Positions 54,984 to 63,737 of a DNA stretch of 63,737 bases are shown in pieces. Source of the DNA: an uncultured Bacteroidales bacterium (GTDB lineage: Bacteria; Bacteroidota; Bacteroidia; Bacteroidales; JAKIYJ01). Numbering within the stretch: the first letter of the stretch is position 1; each line of letters begins with the position of its first letter. The translations under genes were made by a program, and so were the position numbers. The notes below the pieces were generated by a model, which did not search any database, had not been told where the DNA came from, and saw nothing but the letters and a program-made list of their open reading frames with translations. Location: contig CAZDEU010000004.1 in assembly GCA_964504265.1 (NCBI GenBank), positions 1 through 63,737 of the forward strand. Reading direction: 5' to 3'.

Positions 54984-57329
54984 TTATTTCTTATTCACTT
55001 TTTTAAATTCCAACGCAACTTTTTCTGCCGTAATTGGCATTGATTTTAATCTTATACCTAATCCATCTTCAATAGCATTAGCCACCATAGGAGCTGCTGG
55101 TAACATAGTATGTTCTCCAACACCTCTGGCGCCAAAAGGTCCATCAGGCTGAGCAACTTCAACAATAATTGGGACTACCTCATCAGGAATATCCATTGAT
55201 GTAGGTATTTTATAATCTGTAAAATTTGGATTAAGCATACGCCCTTTTTCATCAAATCGCATATCTTCGTATAGTACAGTTGCTAAGCCCTGTAATAAAC
55301 CACCAGTTATTTGCCCTTTTACAAGATCAGGGTTTATCGCTTTTCCAACATCAAGTGCTTCAACAGCTTTAAGAACTTTCATTTTACCAGTTTGCTTGTC
55401 AATTTCTAATTTAATAGCTGCTGCTCCAACAGTATAATGAACATTTGGATGCCCGCCCTGGCTTGTTTCGGGGTTACTATTAGTTGATGAAAATTCAGGC
55501 ATAAAAATTCCTCTACCAATTATAGGACCACCTTTATATGTGCCATCTTCAGCTTGAATTCCATAAATTACAAAATCTTTCAGAGGTAATTTAAAATCAG
55601 GTTTTGTATGACACTTAACAGTTTCATCTTCTAAATAAAGCATATCTTCGGGAAGGTGTTTGGTTCTTGATACAAGACTTATAATTTGAGTACGAGCATC
55701 TATAGCAGCTTTTTTAACTGCATTACCAGTTGACCAAGTAATATGTGAAGCTACAGTTTGCCATTCATAAGGATTACGGTCGGTATCTGGGTTTTCAGAT
55801 CTTATTTTTGATGGCGGCACACCAAGAATTTCGCCTGCTATTTGAGCCATAACAGTTAAAAAGCCTTGTCCTATATCCATTGCCGACACTAAAATATTAA
55901 TACTACCATCTTCATTAAACTTTAAAAATGCTGAAGAAGACGCATTAGGAGGCATAGCAGGAGCTTTCCACAACAATGAAAAACCTTTGCCAATAACTTT
56001 ATTTGGATCATTCGAAACTTCTTTTTTACCCCATTCAATTTCAGTTTTAACTTTTTCTATAGCCTCGTGTAGTCCATTAGGGTTCATATCAGCACCATAA
56101 GCCAGCGAGTCGCCTTCCTTTATAGCGTTAATTTTTCTGAATTCAACGGCATCCATGCCTAATTTATCGGCAATTCTGCTCATGTGTGATTCTAAACCGA
56201 ACAAAAATTCTGAATATCCAAAACCTCTGTATGCACCTGTGGGGGGCATATTAGTATATATACAAACAGAATCAATAGAAAGGTTAGGGATACGATAAGG
56301 ACCTATAGCTGATAAACCTGCTGCATTTACAACATTAGCACCATATTCAACATAAGCACCTGCATCCCAATATAATTGATGCTGCATAGCCGTTATTTTA
56401 CCGTCATTTTTAACACCAATTTTTAGTTTTGCAACAACACCAAGACGCTGATAGGTATTATAAAATTCCTGGGCTCTTGTCCAACGAATTTTTATAGGGT
56501 TACCTTTTACTTTTGTAGCAAGAGCGGCTGATAATATTTCCATAGTAACGCCAGCTTTACCGCCAAATCCACCGCCAACGTGAGGTGCAATAACCCTTAC
56601 ATCTTTATGTTGGACACCCAATTTTGAAAGTGCTTCAGCAAAAAGGTGTCTTTGAGTAAATGGAGATTGAGAAGAAGCCCAAACGGTTAGCCTGCCCGAT
56701 AAATCAAATTTTGCAATAGCAACGTGAGTTTCAAGAGCACAATGTGCATATCTAGGAACTTCGTAAGTGTCGTCTAAAATAAAATCAGCTTCATTAAAGC
56801 CTTTTTCAGGTTCACCTTTTCTGATTTTCCTCCAATGTGCAATATTGGTTCCGTCTTGAGGAAAAAACCAAGGAACATGTTCATAAGTGCCAAGGTCGGG
56901 GTGTATTCTTATAGTATCATCTTTCAAAGCATCCATTTGGTCAAGAACTTCAGGTAAAGGTTCGTATTCCACTTTTACAAGTTTGGCAGCTTTTAATGCA
57001 GCTTTTTGATTTCTTGCAACAACCGCTGCAACCTGTTCTCCAACAAATCTAACCCTATCCTGTGCAAAAATATATCTATCTTTTGTATATAAACCGAATT
57101 TAAAAGGGAAATCTTTACCAGTAAAAACTTTTACAACTCCTGGAATTTTTTCTGCTTCAGAAATATCAATACTTTTTATAATAGCGTGAGCATAAGTACT
57201 TTCAACTATTTCCGCATACATTAAGTTAGGTCCAAATTCTAAGTCATCAGAATATAAAGCTGCGCCTGAAATTTTTTCTAATCCGTCTATTCTTTGAACA
57301 GATTTACCGACATATCTCAAATCATTCAT
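54984..57329 (-). CDS. Xanthine dehydrogenase-family molybdopterin-binding large subunit
   Basis: AHAII, GGGFGGK, YRGFG, DIGQG, G.AINP..V.GQI.GG..QG, GARGVGE (catalytic Glu). Confidence 0.93.
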   Translation of the reverse strand: MNDLRYVGKSVQRIDGLEKISGAALYSDDLEFGPNLMYAEIVESTYAHAIIKSIDISEAEKIPGVVKVFTGKDFPFKFGLYTKDRYIFAQDRVRFVGEQVAAVVARNQKAALKAAKLVKVEYEPLPEVLDQMDALKDDTIRIHPDLGTYEHVPWFFPQDGTNIAHWRKIRKGEPEKGFNEADFILDDTYEVPRYAHCALETHVAIAKFDLSGRLTVWASSQSPFTQRHLFAEALSKLGVQHKDVRVIAPHVGGGFGGKAGVTMEILSAALATKVKGNPIKIRWTRAQEFYNTYQRLGVVAKLKIGVKNDGKITAMQHQLYWDAGAYVEYGANVVNAAGLSAIGPYRIPNLSIDSVCIYTNMPPTGAYRGFGYSEFLFGLESHMSRIADKLGMDAVEFRKINAIKEGDSLAYGADMNPNGLHEAIEKVKTEIEWGKKEVSNDPNKVIGKGFSLLWKAPAMPPNASSSAFLKFNEDGSINILVSAMDIGQGFLTVMAQIAGEILGVPPSKIRSENPDTDRNPYEWQTVASHITWSTGNAVKKAAIDARTQIISLVSRTKHLPEDMLYLEDETVKCHTKPDFKLPLKDFVIYGIQAEDGTYKGGPIIGRGIFMPEFSSTNSNPETSQGGHPNVHYTVGAAAIKLEIDKQTGKMKVLKAVEALDVGKAINPDLVKGQITGGLLQGLATVLYEDMRFDEKGRMLNPNFTDYKIPTSMDIPDEVVPIIVEVAQPDGPFGARGVGEHTMLPAAPMVANAIEDGLGIRLKSMPITAEKVALEFKKVNKK

Positions 57330-57802
57330 TTTACATCCTCCTTTTTTGAAGTTGCTAAAACGGCATCAATAATAGGTGTATAACCTGTACAACGGCATAA
57401 ATTACCTGCCAAAGCTTCTTTAACTTCCTCTCTCGTTGGGTCAGGATTACGCATCAGCAGTTCGTGGGCAGAGATTATAACGCCAGGAGCACAAAAACCG
57501 CATTGAAATGAATTCATTTCAACGAAGTTTTTTTGAAGAGGGCTAATATCTGGATTAGATAATCCTTCTACTGTAGTTACTTCATGCTGATCGACTTCAA
57601 CGGCAAAAATAAGACAACTTCTAACGCTTTTATTATCAATTAGTACTGCACAAGCACCACAATCGCCTCTGTCGCAGCCGCATTTAGGACTTTTAACTCC
57701 TAACTTATCGCGTAAAACATCAAGCAATATGTCGTTGTTGTCAACATCAATATTGCGGGTTTCTCCGTTAAGTTTAAAAGTAATATTAGTTTTAGTATTC
57801 AT
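57326..57802 (-). CDS. Molybdenum hydroxylase small [2Fe-2S] subunit
   Basis: KCGCDRGDCGAC, C, QCGFCAPG, GNLCRCTGY. Confidence 0.95.
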   Translation of the reverse strand: MNTKTNITFKLNGETRNIDVDNNDILLDVLRDKLGVKSPKCGCDRGDCGACAVLIDNKSVRSCLIFAVEVDQHEVTTVEGLSNPDISPLQKNFVEMNSFQCGFCAPGVIISAHELLMRNPDPTREEVKEALAGNLCRCTGYTPIIDAVLATSKKEDVK

Positions 57803-57803
57803 A

Positions 57804-58697
57804 TTAACCTCCTAAATAATTAAATGGTTCAATTTTTTCGCCTTTGCATCTTCTTTCAGCAATTTGCAAACCTCGTTCAAGCATAATTCCAGCTAAATGT
57901 AATCGATATTCTTTACTTGCACGGATATCGGTTATCGGAGAAATCTCTTGATTTATAATACTTTTTGCTTGTTCAATAATATCATTTGACAAAGGCTTAT
58001 TATTCAACAATTCTTCAATTTTTGAAATTCGTTTTGGAATTGGACCCACTGCACAAAATGCAATTTTATAATTATACTTATTATCAACCATAATACCTAC
58101 ACCGGCTTGAGCTAAATCTTCGCCCGAATATCTACCTAATTTAACATAACAAGTGCCATTAGGTTTTGACGGTAAAGAGATTTCTACATTTACAACAACT
58201 TCGCCAGTTTTTATAGCAGTTTTTTTAGGACCTATAAACCACTCGTTAATTGGTATGCTACGTTTACCGTTTATACTAATAAGATTAACCTTAGCGTCAT
58301 AAACCAATAAAGGAGGGCCTGAATCAAGTGAAGGTACTGCAGAACAAATATTACCTACCATAGTAGCTCTATTTCTAGTGCCAACTGAAGCAACTGTTCG
58401 TGCAGCTTCCCAAAGTAAATATAATTCCGATTTAATAATTTCGGAATCTATGATTTGCGAAAAAGTAACGCCAGCTCCAATAAAGATTTTATCGCTATTA
58501 ATTTCAATTTTATCTACATTATTAATAGCTTTAATATCAATGATTGCATCGGGTTTTTCAATATCTTCTTTAATTTTAAGCACAAGATCGGTGCCACCTG
58601 ACAAAATTTTGGCAGAGGCACCAAACTTATTAAGAAGTTCTATTGTTTCTTCCCAACTTTGTGGCTTAAAATATTCAAAATCGTGTGTAGCAGGCAT
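57804..58697 (-). CDS. Molybdenum hydroxylase FAD-binding medium subunit
   Basis: LSGGTDL, IGAGVT, RNRATMVGN, PITDIRAS.EYR; no [4Fe-4S] insert. Confidence 0.93.
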   Translation of the reverse strand: MPATHDFEYFKPQSWEETIELLNKFGASAKILSGGTDLVLKIKEDIEKPDAIIDIKAINNVDKIEINSDKIFIGAGVTFSQIIDSEIIKSELYLLWEAARTVASVGTRNRATMVGNICSAVPSLDSGPPLLVYDAKVNLISINGKRSIPINEWFIGPKKTAIKTGEVVVNVEISLPSKPNGTCYVKLGRYSGEDLAQAGVGIMVDNKYNYKIAFCAVGPIPKRISKIEELLNNKPLSNDIIEQAKSIINQEISPITDIRASKEYRLHLAGIMLERGLQIAERRCKGEKIEPFNYLGG

Positions 58698-58725
58698 AAT
58701 AAAATCTCCTTATAATTTTGATAAA

Positions 58726-59538
58726 TTACGGTTCAAAAGCGATAATACGACACATTGAAGATTCCAGTTCAATACCGCGCAATGGGAATAAACCAATCCA
58801 CAAACGTTTATTGCTTACTTTCGCAATGTCGCCTCCAATGTTTTCAGCATGAACAAGTTTTTTAGGGAATAATTTAAGGTGCATTACCTGATAAAATTCT
58901 TCGTACGGGAACATTTCTTCCCAAGTTTTACCATATTTGGCTTTTAGTTTGTTTTCGGCTTCAACAAAACTTTTAGGATGCCAATCTTTTATAATAGTAT
59001 TCATTGGATGGTCGGCACTACCGCAGTCAACACCAATCCATTTTATTTTCATTTCCAAAGCCCATTTATGAAAATCAGGACTTGGACCAGGATGTTTTAC
59101 AAAATACCGTACTTCGTCTGATTCGGGCTGATCCCATGCATATTTATGATAACCTGTATTAATAAGTAGTATATCACCTTTTTGGATATCTACTTTACTC
59201 ATAAGCATTTCGGGTGTGTAAAGGTCGTAATCTCCAACTTCGTTAGATATGTCAACTACTACACCTGAGCCAATCCATTCTTCAATAGGAACATCACCAA
59301 TAGAGCGGCCGCTTGCGTGAAAGTGAATTTCGCCATCAATGTGAGTACCTACGTGGTTTGATGTCGTAATAATCTGACCATTAGCACCTTGTCCCATGTG
59401 AGCGCCAGCAATTCTTTTAAAATATTGAATTCCTAATGGCATATAACTTGGCCAAGGTGGAGTGTGAATACTTAAACGTTGTGTAAGGTCATAAACCTTT
59501 AGTTCACTCATAAATTTTAAAAAATCATTTGTTTCCAT
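58726..59538 (-). CDS. Cyclase-family metal-dependent hydrolase (kynurenine formamidase fold)
   Basis: NHVGTHID (HxGTHxD) motif, GDILLINTG, IGVD..SADH, HAEN. Confidence 0.9.
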   Translation of the reverse strand: METNDFLKFMSELKVYDLTQRLSIHTPPWPSYMPLGIQYFKRIAGAHMGQGANGQIITTSNHVGTHIDGEIHFHASGRSIGDVPIEEWIGSGVVVDISNEVGDYDLYTPEMLMSKVDIQKGDILLINTGYHKYAWDQPESDEVRYFVKHPGPSPDFHKWALEMKIKWIGVDCGSADHPMNTIIKDWHPKSFVEAENKLKAKYGKTWEEMFPYEEFYQVMHLKLFPKKLVHAENIGGDIAKVSNKRLWIGLFPLRGIELESSMCRIIAFEP

Positions 59539-59571
59539 AGTTGTGAGTTTAAATTATTTTATTGTGATTAA

Positions 59572-60975
59572 TTATTTTAAAGTTTCGATAAATCCATTAA
59601 AAGCATTGATAAAAGGTTGTGTTGGAGCACTTAAAACACCAGCTCCAACCTGACCAATGCCTGGTTCTTTGTGAGCTACACCAGTATCAATAAATGGTGT
59701 AATATTTTTTTGGACTACTTTTACAACATCAACACCTGTAGGTGTACCTCTGAAATTAAGATTAGGAATTTGATAAATATTATTTTCACCAACAGTAATT
59801 TCGTACATAGTTAAAGAATAATTCAAGGCATCGGAGGCATTTCCGCCTACAAACTGAACAATAGCAGGAGCTGCGGCAATTGCAAAACCGCCAAGACCAC
59901 CTGTTTCGGTAATAGCACTGTCGCCAATATCAGGATTAGCATCATCTTTTGTAAAGCCCGGAAAATAAAGAGCATCGGGTACAGGCGATTTACCTGTAAA
60001 CCATTTAGTTCCTGTACCAGCCAATTGAATACCCCATTCAGTTCCATTACGAGCCATAACCACAGCCATGCTGCTTCCTTCAATATTACGTGCAGCATCA
60101 AGGACAACTTTACAGACAGGCATACTTAAGTTAAGGAAAAAATGGTCGTTGCCGTTAATAAACTCAAGAACTTTTGCAGCATCTTCTTTTTTGTCGGCAG
60201 TAAGAACTATAGCAGGGGCAAGGGTTCTGTAGAGTAACGAAGTCCCTGCACGGTTTCTGTTATGAACTTCATCGCCCATGTGTAAAGCCTGAGCAATAAG
60301 ATTTTTTAAATCAATTTTACCAATGTGCTCAACAGCTTTTTTCAGTACAGGGTAAAGTACATCTTCCATCCATCGAAGACGTGTTATAACTTCTTCACTA
60401 AAAGCACCATAACGTAATACTTTACCAAGCCCTTCATTCAAAGTACAATAAGCATAATTACCGTATTTTTCGTTTTTAATAATAAAAACAGGCATAGAAG
60501 GAGAAACAATACCAGCCATAGGTCCAACAGCCGAATGTTCATGACATGGTGCATATTCAATTTGTCCTGAAGAAGCTAATTTTTCTGCTTCTTCGGTTGT
60601 TGAAGCCATTTTTTCGTATATCAAAGCACCAATTATTGCACCTCTTGTTGGTCCACACATATTTTCCCATTTTACTGGAGGACCCGAATGAAGTATAAGA
60701 TTTTTTTTCATTCCGGGTATTACGTTAATGGCAACATCTAAGCCTACCAAAAAAGGAGTTCCGCTTAGAACTATGTTTAATGCTTTTTTGTTTGCCTCTT
60801 CAATAAAATCTTTATTTTTCTTTAGCAGATTATCTGCTTCAGGGTTATTAATCAATGATGGCTTCCAGTCGAGCTGAATTACATTTATACCATTTTTTTC
60901 AAGGTCTGACGAAAAACTTTCAAGACCTGTATTAATAACATTAAGTTTTTTTTCGAATAAATCTTTAACAGCCAT
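59572..60975 (-). CDS. DUF1116 protein (YlbE/YahG; AllG-like oxamate carbamoyltransferase subunit)
   Basis: ILHSGPP, PCHEH.AVGPMAG, NEGLGKVLRYGA, AL.MGDE.HNRN, RNGTE.GI, PDIGDSAITE, GVAHKEPG.GQVGAG. Confidence 0.9.
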   Translation of the reverse strand: MAVKDLFEKKLNVINTGLESFSSDLEKNGINVIQLDWKPSLINNPEADNLLKKNKDFIEEANKKALNIVLSGTPFLVGLDVAINVIPGMKKNLILHSGPPVKWENMCGPTRGAIIGALIYEKMASTTEEAEKLASSGQIEYAPCHEHSAVGPMAGIVSPSMPVFIIKNEKYGNYAYCTLNEGLGKVLRYGAFSEEVITRLRWMEDVLYPVLKKAVEHIGKIDLKNLIAQALHMGDEVHNRNRAGTSLLYRTLAPAIVLTADKKEDAAKVLEFINGNDHFFLNLSMPVCKVVLDAARNIEGSSMAVVMARNGTEWGIQLAGTGTKWFTGKSPVPDALYFPGFTKDDANPDIGDSAITETGGLGGFAIAAAPAIVQFVGGNASDALNYSLTMYEITVGENNIYQIPNLNFRGTPTGVDVVKVVQKNITPFIDTGVAHKEPGIGQVGAGVLSAPTQPFINAFNGFIETLK

Positions 60976-62531
60976 TATTTGTCTCCTTTCAACTTAATAA
61001 TATTTGCACCAAGAATACTTGCTGCAGCATTTGATTCTACTACAATAACGCCGGAATTTTGTAGCGAATATACAATTTCTTTTTTATTTTGAGGATCATT
61101 AGCTGTTCCAGTAACTGAACAAATAATAACCAAATCATTACGCTTTGCATTAATTCTGTTTAAAACAGGTAATAATTCAGATAAAGGCTCGTTGTGTGAA
61201 CCGTAACCAATAACGATGTCAAGTAAAATTACAGCAACTTCTTTATCTATAGCTTCTTCCTCAAATTTTTTCATTCTAAGCGAAAAATCAATCATTGGAT
61301 GAGGTCTACCAACAGTAAATTCATCATCTCCCAAATCAATAACAGTATTTTCAACAGACTTCCAAACATTTTGAAGTTTAAAATCTTTATTTAAAGGTAT
61401 ATTACTATTAACAAAACCAATGATATCTTTAAAAATCAACTGAGTTTCATCGCATAATGTGCCACCGCTGAAAAGACCTCTTAAATATTTTCCATTCGTC
61501 TTTTTGGCAAGTTCGTCAGCTCGTTTTATTAAACTTTGATTACGTTTAATTATATCTGCTTTAACATCTTGGTAGTCTAAGTTTTTTGATAATTTAACGG
61601 CAATTAATGCAGCTTCTTCAAGAGTTACGGCAGAAATCATACCTGCTTTTTCTGCAATATCATGATTAGCACCAATGAATATTGCAACAATAGGTTTATT
61701 GATTTTTTTAGCTTCGTCTGCAATTTTTGCAAGTGTATCAGTATGCGGAGGTTTAGACACCAAAAGAATAACTTTAGTGTTGTTGTCTTCGGCAAGAGCT
61801 TTCATAGCCTGAATAAACATTATTCCGCCAATTTCTTTTTTTACATCTCTACCGCCGGTACCAATAGCTTGTGAAATACCACAGCCAGCTTCAGAAATAA
61901 GACAACTTACTTCTTGCAAACCTGTTCCCGATGCAGCAACAATGCCAATATCACCTTTATTAACAGCATTTGCAAAAGCTAAGGGAACTCCGTTAATAAT
62001 GGCAGTTCCACAATCAGGTCCCATAACCAATAATCCTTTTTCAGATGCAATAGTTTTTAGTTTCAACTCATCTTCAACTGCAATATTATCCGAAAATATC
62101 ATAACATGCAAACCCCTGTCAAGAGCCTTATATGCTTCGTAAGCAGCATATTTGCCTGCAACTGAAATTATTGAAAGATTGGCATCAAGCATTTTTTCTA
62201 ATGCACTGTCAAGACTCTTAGGTTTAAAACCAACATTATCGTCGCTTTTTTTATTTCTGATATTTGCAAGCAATTCTTCAATTTTAGAAATTGCATTATC
62301 AATACCTTGTTGCGATTCGGCTTTTATAGCAATCAATAGGTCAGTGTCGCCACTATTTTCAAATTCTTTTAATAAAATACCGGACGCATCAAGTATTGAT
62401 CGGTTTTCTTTAGTTCCCATCACAACTCCTGAATCAATAATGCCCGGCAGTTTGTTTATTTCGCCTGCAACCAGCATCAGACTGACTGAGTCGAAATATT
62501 CTCCTTTTCTGATAATTCCTTTTGTGTACAT
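60975..62531 (-). CDS. fdrA: FdrA-family acyl-CoA synthetase-like protein (AllF-like)
   Basis: Y.DSVSLM, ISVAG.YAA, MIFSDN, MGPDCGT, ASGTGLQE, IGTGGRD, GLFSGGTL, FTVGRPHPMID. Confidence 0.92.
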   Translation of the reverse strand: MYTKGIIRKGEYFDSVSLMLVAGEINKLPGIIDSGVVMGTKENRSILDASGILLKEFENSGDTDLLIAIKAESQQGIDNAISKIEELLANIRNKKSDDNVGFKPKSLDSALEKMLDANLSIISVAGKYAAYEAYKALDRGLHVMIFSDNIAVEDELKLKTIASEKGLLVMGPDCGTAIINGVPLAFANAVNKGDIGIVAASGTGLQEVSCLISEAGCGISQAIGTGGRDVKKEIGGIMFIQAMKALAEDNNTKVILLVSKPPHTDTLAKIADEAKKINKPIVAIFIGANHDIAEKAGMISAVTLEEAALIAVKLSKNLDYQDVKADIIKRNQSLIKRADELAKKTNGKYLRGLFSGGTLCDETQLIFKDIIGFVNSNIPLNKDFKLQNVWKSVENTVIDLGDDEFTVGRPHPMIDFSLRMKKFEEEAIDKEVAVILLDIVIGYGSHNEPLSELLPVLNRINAKRNDLVIICSVTGTANDPQNKKEIVYSLQNSGVIVVESNAAASILGANIIKLKGDK

Positions 62532-62566
62532 TTTTTTAAAATAATTTATAAAGGTAAAAAATAAAT

Positions 62567-63397
62567 TTAATTTAGATTTTGTTTAATTAATAAATTTTTC
62601 ATTGTTAATAAAAAACCAGATAAAATATCTTCTCCCGAAGTAGAACCGCATGATAACAAAGGATTAACAGCTTGCTGAACTTCTGAATTAATATTTTTAA
62701 ATAAAAAATCAAGAACATGGATAAAACTACTGTTAAACCAACCGTTGCAAGCAGCTTTTAGTTGATAATCAACAATAATGTTAGAACTGCGTGAAAGTTC
62801 AAAAACATTTTTTCTTAATACTGAAGTATCAATGTTGGTAATTTGTTCCCAAACAAACAAAGCGTATAAATAACCTGTAATAAAATCGTCGCCTGAAGGT
62901 GTTAACCCCTTCCCTTTACCTTTAATTAAAGGTATCCCATTAAGAGAACCATCTTCAAATAAAGTATTTATACCTTTTTTCAGACTAATGTATAGTTCTT
63001 TTTCAAAACCTTTCAAATTAGTTTGAGAATTATTTTGAACAAAAAGCAATGAGTTCACGTTTAATAAGCCTTTCAGAGTATAAATTATAGTATTAATTTT
63101 AAAAAGTAAAACAGTTAAATCAATTTCCTGAAAAATATAAACGGAAGACCATCGCTTTTCATTGTCAATATTAAAAGAAAAAACTTTAGTATTAATATTT
63201 GAATTTGTAACTTCGATATAATCAATAACATCCGAATTAAAATCATCAACAATAATATTAAAAGGTCCTGATGGTTTGTCTGAAGTAGCAATAGTAATAA
63301 AGCTATTATCGTTAAATAAATTAACAACATTTTTAAAAGTGCTGTGAACTTTATAAAAACCTTTGTCAATATGGTCGCCTAAGTTTATAAGCTTCAT
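62567..63397 (-). CDS. DUF2877 protein (YlbF/YahE; AllH-like)
   Basis: VHSTF..VVN, G.G.GLTPSGDDF..G, G.TSG.D.LSG motifs. Confidence 0.88.
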   Translation of the reverse strand: MKLINLGDHIDKGFYKVHSTFKNVVNLFNDNSFITIATSDKPSGPFNIIVDDFNSDVIDYIEVTNSNINTKVFSFNIDNEKRWSSVYIFQEIDLTVLLFKINTIIYTLKGLLNVNSLLFVQNNSQTNLKGFEKELYISLKKGINTLFEDGSLNGIPLIKGKGKGLTPSGDDFITGYLYALFVWEQITNIDTSVLRKNVFELSRSSNIIVDYQLKAACNGWFNSSFIHVLDFLFKNINSEVQQAVNPLLSCGSTSGEDILSGFLLTMKNLLIKQNLN

Positions 63398-63419
63398 TAT
63401 TTTTTAAATTTTATCAGCA

Positions 63420-63427
63420 CAAAGTTA
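63420..63427 (-). promoter_or_regulatory. Candidate -7 promoter element (TAACTTTG) for the catabolic operon
   Basis: TAnnTTTG match 22 nt upstream of the first gene. Confidence 0.5.
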
Positions 63428-63507
63428 TAAGTAATTTTTAAATTTGAAAAAAATCAAATTTTTTGGTAGCTCCCTATGAGCGACCTTATTGTAGAAAGTG
63501 AAATTAA

Positions 63508-63632
63508 GATTGACGAAGTACGATTGACGAAATACGATTGACGAAGTACGATTGACGAAGTACGATTGACGAAGTACGATTGACGAAGTACGATTGGCGA
63601 AGTACGATTGACGAAGTACGATTGACGAAGTA
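63508..63632. repeat. Tandem repeat, 9 x 14 bp (GATTGACGAAGTAC)
   Basis: Counted directly: units start at 63508, every 14 nt; unit 2 has AAATAC, unit 7 has GATTGGC, unit 9 is truncated. Confidence 0.97.
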
Positions 63633-63737
63633 AAAACTAAGATAAAAGTATATTATATATCGATAAAACGAATCATCAATAAAATCGTAATTCGTAAATC
63701 TAAAATCGTAAATATCAATTTACATAGCATATTTCCA

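Noticed and set aside
54984-58697. 4-hydroxybenzoyl-CoA reductase (HcrABC) or aerobic CO dehydrogenase
   Set aside because: The FAD subunit lacks the HcrB [4Fe-4S] insert and the large subunit lacks the CoxL AYxCSFR signature
63476-63541. 21-aa plus-strand ORF (MSDLIVESEIKIDEVRLTKYD) running into the repeat
   Set aside because: Too short, terminates inside a non-triplet repeat, no supporting features
63508-63632. CRISPR array
   Set aside because: Units are directly contiguous with no unique spacers, only 14 bp long, and no cas genes are in the window
1-63737. Mobile elements, tRNA or rRNA genes
   Set aside because: No transposase, integrase, terminal inverted repeats with target duplication, cloverleaf or rRNA-like sequence was recognised

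Overview
Very AT-rich chromosomal window from a Bacteroidota organism, most likely an anaerobic Bacteroidales-like lineage. Evidence for the assignment: T9SS cargo, a PorG/PorE-like set, TAnnTTTG -7 promoters and Gln at +1 after signal peptides. Almost all genes are on the minus strand. In coordinate order it holds a partial capsule/EPS locus (WecA-like, RmlC, Wzc with a (GY)15 tail, Wza, GT4, AsnB-like), lpdA, valS, a TPR/MORN + DUF3857 transglutaminase trio, threonine dehydrogenase, prfA, a PorE-like OmpA protein and TatA. Next comes the most unusual block: a sigma54-controlled chaperone-usher-like pilus locus (bEBP, PapD-like chaperone, usher-like OMP, three DUF4402-type pilins) interleaved with T9SS cargo genes. 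It is followed by an LTA-synthase-like gene, nadB and the conserved CBS-nadK-porG-uppS-bamA-ompH cluster. The window ends with an 8-gene AllFGH-like/cyclase/Mo-hydroxylase/CoA-transferase catabolic operon carrying Shine-Dalgarno sites atypical for Bacteroidota, with a 14-bp x9 tandem repeat upstream. All family assignments come from motif recognition by eye; no database searches were run.
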